Shown here: positions 59,594 to 64,000 of the stretch, piece by piece
Layout: the number at the start of each line of letters is the position of its first letter
How positions within the stretch are numbered: position 1 is the first letter of the stretch
Assembly (NCBI GenBank): GCA_963669175.1
Contig: OY769902.1
Coordinates: forward strand, 3,168,001 to 3,232,000
Length of the DNA: 64,000 nucleotides
DNA from: a bacterium
GTDB lineage: Bacteria; Electryoneota; Electryoneia; Electryoneales; Electryoneaceae
Direction: 5' to 3'
Notes under the pieces: generated by a model
What the model was told of the DNA's origin: nothing
The model's input: the letters and a program-made list of their open reading frames with translations, nothing else
Databases searched by the model: none
Translations under genes and position numbers: made by a program

Positions 59594-60714
59594 AAATCGG
59601 TATCGTAGGTCCGTTGCCGCCGTTACGGGGAGGGATCTCGCATTATAATGCCTCCCTCGTGGAAAACCTTCGCGAGAATGGACACATTGTCTATCCTATC
59701 AGCTTTCACCGTCTTTACCCGCCCTTCCTGTTTCCGGGAAGCTCGGAACAGGACCCGGATGCAGAACCGACGCCCCGTTCCAAGGCAATGCTGATTCCCT
59801 GGCATCGTCATACCTGGAAAGATGCGCGCTTACTATTCCAACGTGTTGCGATAGACCGCCTGGTGATGCATTTGTGGCATCCCTTCTTTGTGCCCACACT
59901 CTGGGATATCAGCAGGGTAAAAAGTGTTCGCGGACTGGTGATCATTGCTCACAATGTTCTACCTCATGAACATCAGTGGCTCGGAAAGATGCTGAATCGC
60001 CAGTTGTTCAAGCGTGCCGACCTGGTTGTCGTTGGTGGCTCAAGCGAGCAGGAAGTCTTGTCGGAGATTTCGCCCTATACCCGTTCTGTGTTTGTGCCAC
60101 ATCCGCTTTACGATCGGTACACAACCTATATCAAGGGGATATCCAAACAGGCTGCACGAAAGAAGCTGGATTTATCGCCGGATGTTCCCATTCTGATGCA
60201 CCTTGGCCTGGTAAGGAAATACAAGGGTGTTGACCTGTTGATTGATGCTTTCGGCAAGCTGAATAACGAGAAGGCACAACTGCTGGTTGCTGGTGAATTT
60301 TATGATGATTTCGATAAATACAGGCATCAGGTGAAGAAAAGCAGGGTACGCGAACGTATTACACTGAACAACAAGTATTTATCTGATGAAGATCTGGCTT
60401 TGCATATCCGTGCCGCAGATGCGGTAGTACTACCGTATCGTGATGCCACCCAAAGCGGGATGGCCATGGCGGTGCTGGCATGTGGGACACCCGTGGTCGC
60501 CACTTCTGTAGGCGCATTACCGGATGTTATTGAGCCGGGTGTGCTGGGCGAACTGTCTGCGCCGGGTGATTCGGGCGAATTGACCGCCGCGATTGAACGT
60601 GTCATGAATGATGAACGCTACCAGTCACCGCACCTGACTTCCTCCATCATGCAGATCGTCAAGAGCCGATTCAGTTGGAACCGGTTAACGGACCAGATTA
60701 CCGGGGAACTGTGA
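59590..60714 (+). CDS. GT4 glycosyltransferase
   Basis: RGGI, HNVLPHE, KYKG, LPYRDATQSG, PVVATSVG. Confidence 0.9.
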   Translation: MKIGIVGPLPPLRGGISHYNASLVENLRENGHIVYPISFHRLYPPFLFPGSSEQDPDAEPTPRSKAMLIPWHRHTWKDARLLFQRVAIDRLVMHLWHPFFVPTLWDISRVKSVRGLVIIAHNVLPHEHQWLGKMLNRQLFKRADLVVVGGSSEQEVLSEISPYTRSVFVPHPLYDRYTTYIKGISKQAARKKLDLSPDVPILMHLGLVRKYKGVDLLIDAFGKLNNEKAQLLVAGEFYDDFDKYRHQVKKSRVRERITLNNKYLSDEDLALHIRAADAVVLPYRDATQSGMAMAVLACGTPVVATSVGALPDVIEPGVLGELSAPGDSGELTAAIERVMNDERYQSPHLTSSIMQIVKSRFSWNRLTDQITGEL

Positions 60715-61625
60715 TGAGTCGTCGCACTGCATTTGTAATGGTGAACCATAATGGCGGGAAAGAGACCTGCTGTTCGGCAAAATCTGTGCTGGCTGACCTG
60801 GGTGTTGAAGACCGGCTCGTTCTGGTTGATAACGGTTCAGAAGATGGTTCAGGTCACCGAGTAGCAAAAAAGCTTGAGCGTGTACACTATATAGACAATA
60901 AAGCAAACCTGTCATTTGCAGAAGCGAATAACCGTGGCATCAAGTGGGCGCTGAAAAAAGGTTTTGATTTCATTGGTATCATCAATCCTGATGTCAGGGT
61001 AGAGAAGGGGATGCGGGGAAAGCTTCATCAGCGTTTGGATGAAGTCTGGAAAAACGGTCCCGGGGCAGTGAGTCCGGTGATTTTCTTCGAAGATCCGGTG
61101 GATATGATCTGGTATGCAGGCGGTTATATCATGTGGCCGTTTGCCTGGATCGGGCATACCGGAGTAAAGCGTCCCATGGCAATGGCGCATCGTTTTGATG
61201 GACCAACAGCCTACCTGACCGGTTGTTGCTGGCTGGCGCATGCGGATGCGTGGCGGCTTGCCGGGCCGATGGATACCCGTTACGGCATGTATACCGAAGA
61301 TGTGGACTGGTCGGTACGGGCACGTTCGCAGGGTGTGCAATTGCATGTGGTGTCCAACGCTCACCTGGTACACCGGATATCGCAGAGTTCCGGTGGTGGA
61401 CGCACCGTTTTCAAGATGACCTATAGAAGTCTGACTAACCGTTTGTTTTTCAAGCGGCATACACCTCGTGGTTCAAGATTGATACAACCTGTCCTGAAAT
61501 GGTTTCCGGTTGTAGCTTATGCCGGAATGTTGGCCGCAGGTGGTGAATTTGCCGCGCTGAAAGCGTATCTTCTGGCACAACTGAAACCGATACAAGATCC
61601 AGTTCTATGGCCACCTTCCCCCTGA
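60714..61625 (+). CDS. GT2 glycosyltransferase (rhamnosyltransferase-like)
   Basis: VDNGS, FAEANN, NPD, MYTEDVDWS, HRIS. Confidence 0.88.
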   Translation: MSRRTAFVMVNHNGGKETCCSAKSVLADLGVEDRLVLVDNGSEDGSGHRVAKKLERVHYIDNKANLSFAEANNRGIKWALKKGFDFIGIINPDVRVEKGMRGKLHQRLDEVWKNGPGAVSPVIFFEDPVDMIWYAGGYIMWPFAWIGHTGVKRPMAMAHRFDGPTAYLTGCCWLAHADAWRLAGPMDTRYGMYTEDVDWSVRARSQGVQLHVVSNAHLVHRISQSSGGGRTVFKMTYRSLTNRLFFKRHTPRGSRLIQPVLKWFPVVAYAGMLAAGGEFAALKAYLLAQLKPIQDPVLWPPSP

Positions 61626-62515
61626 ACAACGAGAGAAACCTGGTGAAACGCGCCAGTCGGTTTGCCGAGGTGGACCGTTCCGGGTGGAAACTGCCTGCTT
61701 TTCTTCTGCTGGTATCTTTTCTTGTCGTCATCGTCGAGTTCGTCTGGAGTCCGATCGAGTTCGCTCTTGGAAATTACATGAGCTGGACCAACGGCGTACG
61801 TCCGGCTGTGGGAACCGGGTGGGAGCTGGACCAGGAACAGGCGGAAGCGGACCGTGAGCTGGGCCAGTTGGTAGAGGAAGTGGACCAGCGTCAGTACGCA
61901 GCGGCTTCGTTTACCGACTGGGAAAAACTACCGGACCTGATTCGGCAGCATGGGGCGCTATCGATATCAACCGGACGTTTTCTTGAATTGTACGCTGCGT
62001 TACCTTCGTTTATGAGGCATGTGATCATCGACCCGGTTGACCTGCTTCGCATTCGTTCGGAAGGCCGCTGGCAGCGGGTGATTTTCCGGAACGAACATAT
62101 CGGAATACGTGTTTATTTCGTGAACCAGCAGAATTTTGCTCTTTCCAGTGCTACTCTTGGGCAGCTCTTCTTTGAGCAGTTGTCCGATTATCATGCTCCT
62201 GTTCCGGGCAGTCTTGATGACAATACCACGTATATGGGACGGGTTTTCGCGGCGGACGTGTTCTTTACTGCGATTCGCGAGATTCGTTCACGTAACCAGT
62301 TCTCTTTGCCGGGAGATTGGGTCGCCAATCTTGACGGGCGTTTGAGTCGTGTCGGTGTATCCAAAGAGGTTGTCGAAGGAAAGCGGGCGCTTGGATTCGA
62401 AGTTGACCAGGCCGGGTCATTAAAAACCTATACGATTTGGATCGATGACCAGGTTGCCAGCGAACTGTTTTCCGGCATGATGGACTTGAGCCTGTTTCAG
62501 GAGGGAGGACGATGA
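61607..62515 (+). CDS. Hypothetical membrane-anchored protein
   Basis: 302-aa ORF with one TM helix, overlapping both neighbours. Confidence 0.7.
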   Translation: MATFPLNNERNLVKRASRFAEVDRSGWKLPAFLLLVSFLVVIVEFVWSPIEFALGNYMSWTNGVRPAVGTGWELDQEQAEADRELGQLVEEVDQRQYAAASFTDWEKLPDLIRQHGALSISTGRFLELYAALPSFMRHVIIDPVDLLRIRSEGRWQRVIFRNEHIGIRVYFVNQQNFALSSATLGQLFFEQLSDYHAPVPGSLDDNTTYMGRVFAADVFFTAIREIRSRNQFSLPGDWVANLDGRLSRVGVSKEVVEGKRALGFEVDQAGSLKTYTIWIDDQVASELFSGMMDLSLFQEGGR

Positions 62516-64000
62516 ATAATCTCCGTTCCTGGATAACGGCTTTACTCTGGATCGCAACCGGCTGCGTGACCCTGGGATTGGCTACCATTTTCATTACCGT
62601 GAGCATGATCTCCGGTGATATTCCCAAGGTGCCGACACGCCTGGAGCAATTGACCGCTGTGACCCCGACCCAGATTTACGCTTCCGATGGCAGTCTGCTG
62701 GTTCAGCTTGGTGGACGCAAAGCGGTTCCGCCTGACCGTATCTCGCCGCATTTCTTCAACGCGGTTATTTCTGCGGAAGATGACGCCTTCTTCAAACATC
62801 CCGGCATTGATAAACCGGCGCTGGTGAAAGCTGTTGCGGGAGTTCTGCTTGGACAGCGTTCACGTGGTGGTAGCACCATTACCCAGCAATTGGCCAAGAA
62901 CCTGTTTTTCTCCTTTGAGAAGACGATCACGCGGAAATTCCGTGAAATGCTGGTCGCGCTGGAAATCGAGAACGAGTTCGAGAAGAATGAAATCCTGGCG
63001 GCATACTGCAACTGGATTCCTTACGGACCCCGCATTGATGGGGTAGAGGAAGCCGCCAAGCACTATTTCGGTACACACGCAGCAGACCTGACACCGACTC
63101 AGTCCGCATTATTGGCAGGACTGCCCAACGGCCCGAGTCGCTACAATCCCTATCGTCATCCGGATCGCGCACTCACGCGACGTAACTGGATTATCAGCCG
63201 TATGGCGAAACTTGGCTACATCACCCAGCATGAGGCTGACGCTGCTGTGGCCGATACGCTGTTGCATATTCAACCGCAATCTAGCACTGGGAATCGTGGC
63301 AGTTATTTCCTTGATGCCGTTCTGGATCAGTTGGAAGAGACCTATGGCGACAATGTTGTCTACCACGGCGGCTTGAAGGTCTATACAACTGTCGATCCAC
63401 TGTTGCAGGGGTATGCGGAAGATGCGGTCAGACAGGCTTTGAGCGATCTGGATCAGCGCTTTGGCCTTGAAACCGAATACAGTAAAGCGTCATCCGAAGA
63501 GCTATCCGAATATCCGCAGGGATTGCTGGTAGCAGTTGAAACGGCAACAGGTGCAGTGAAAGCGATTGTCGGCGGACGTGACTGGCAACGCAGCCAGTTC
63601 AACCGTGCGCTTTCCCCGATGCGGAATAAGGGATCGTCTCTGAAACCTTCCTTGTATCTGACGGCGATTGAGAAGCTGCACTATACACCTGCAACAGTCG
63701 TTGTGGATTCTGCAATTACGATTAAGATCCCCGGCGCGGCAGACTGGAAGCCGAGAAATTTCGGTGGCAAGCACCAGGGACCACTTATCCTGAAAAGCGC
63801 TTTGGAGCAATCGATAAACACCGTGGCTGCCTCGTTGATTTACAAGGTCAAGCCTGAAGGCATGATAAAAACATTGCACCGGCTGGGTGTGAAAACCGAA
63901 ATCGAGCCCCATTACGCGATAGCGCTTGGCACCGCCCCGGTTCTACCGGTGGAAATGGCGGGCATGGTTGCTTCAATCGCCAACCTCGGTGAAGTGGTCG
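62512..64000 (+). CDS. Class A penicillin-binding protein (PBP1A-like), runs off window
   Basis: GGAGG RBS; TM anchor; EDDAFFKHPG, GGSTITQQLAKN, RKFRE (transglycosylase); GSSLK and SIN (transpeptidase). Confidence 0.92.
   Translation, partial: MNNLRSWITALLWIATGCVTLGLATIFITVSMISGDIPKVPTRLEQLTAVTPTQIYASDGSLLVQLGGRKAVPPDRISPHFFNAVISAEDDAFFKHPGIDKPALVKAVAGVLLGQRSRGGSTITQQLAKNLFFSFEKTITRKFREMLVALEIENEFEKNEILAAYCNWIPYGPRIDGVEEAAKHYFGTHAADLTPTQSALLAGLPNGPSRYNPYRHPDRALTRRNWIISRMAKLGYITQHEADAAVADTLLHIQPQSSTGNRGSYFLDAVLDQLEETYGDNVVYHGGLKVYTTVDPLLQGYAEDAVRQALSDLDQRFGLETEYSKASSEELSEYPQGLLVAVETATGAVKAIVGGRDWQRSQFNRALSPMRNKGSSLKPSLYLTAIEKLHYTPATVVVDSAITIKIPGAADWKPRNFGGKHQGPLILKSALEQSINTVAASLIYKVKPEGMIKTLHRLGVKTEIEPHYAIALGTAPVLPVEMAGMVASIANLGEVV

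Overview
A gene-dense 64 kb bacterial chromosome segment with about 55 CDSs. The fused LpxC-FabZ, DUF4159, DUF5683-like and DUF4292-like genes suggest an FCB-group diderm (inference). Most of it is housekeeping: nucleoside salvage (add, pdp, deoB, PfkB, mtnA, rdgB), iscS-mnmA, panBC, argS, holA, an ECF sigma/anti-sigma pair, a three-GT2/deacetylase/flippase cluster, two ABC exporters, and the envelope cluster uppS-tamB-bamA-skp-lpxD-lpxC/fabZ-lpxA...rseP, then GT genes and a class A PBP. I found no rRNA, tRNA, CRISPR array, transposase or integrase. The most interesting signals are non-coding. (1) One ECF-type promoter motif, GGAAC-N16-CGTW, lies upstream of the anti-sigma gene, bamA and rseP. 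(2) A small motility-like islet has face-to-face sigma54 and sigma28 promoters. (3) hsp20 has a sigma54 promoter with paired enhancer palindromes. (4) There are several unrelated palindromic REP/MITE-like families. One has CTAGTGGACC ends, occurs in 270, 33 and 20 bp forms, and its short forms overlap TAG stop codons. Another is a four-copy repeat cluster flanked by a 19-bp duplication of a gene's 3' end. All calls come from reading motifs by eye; no searches were run.
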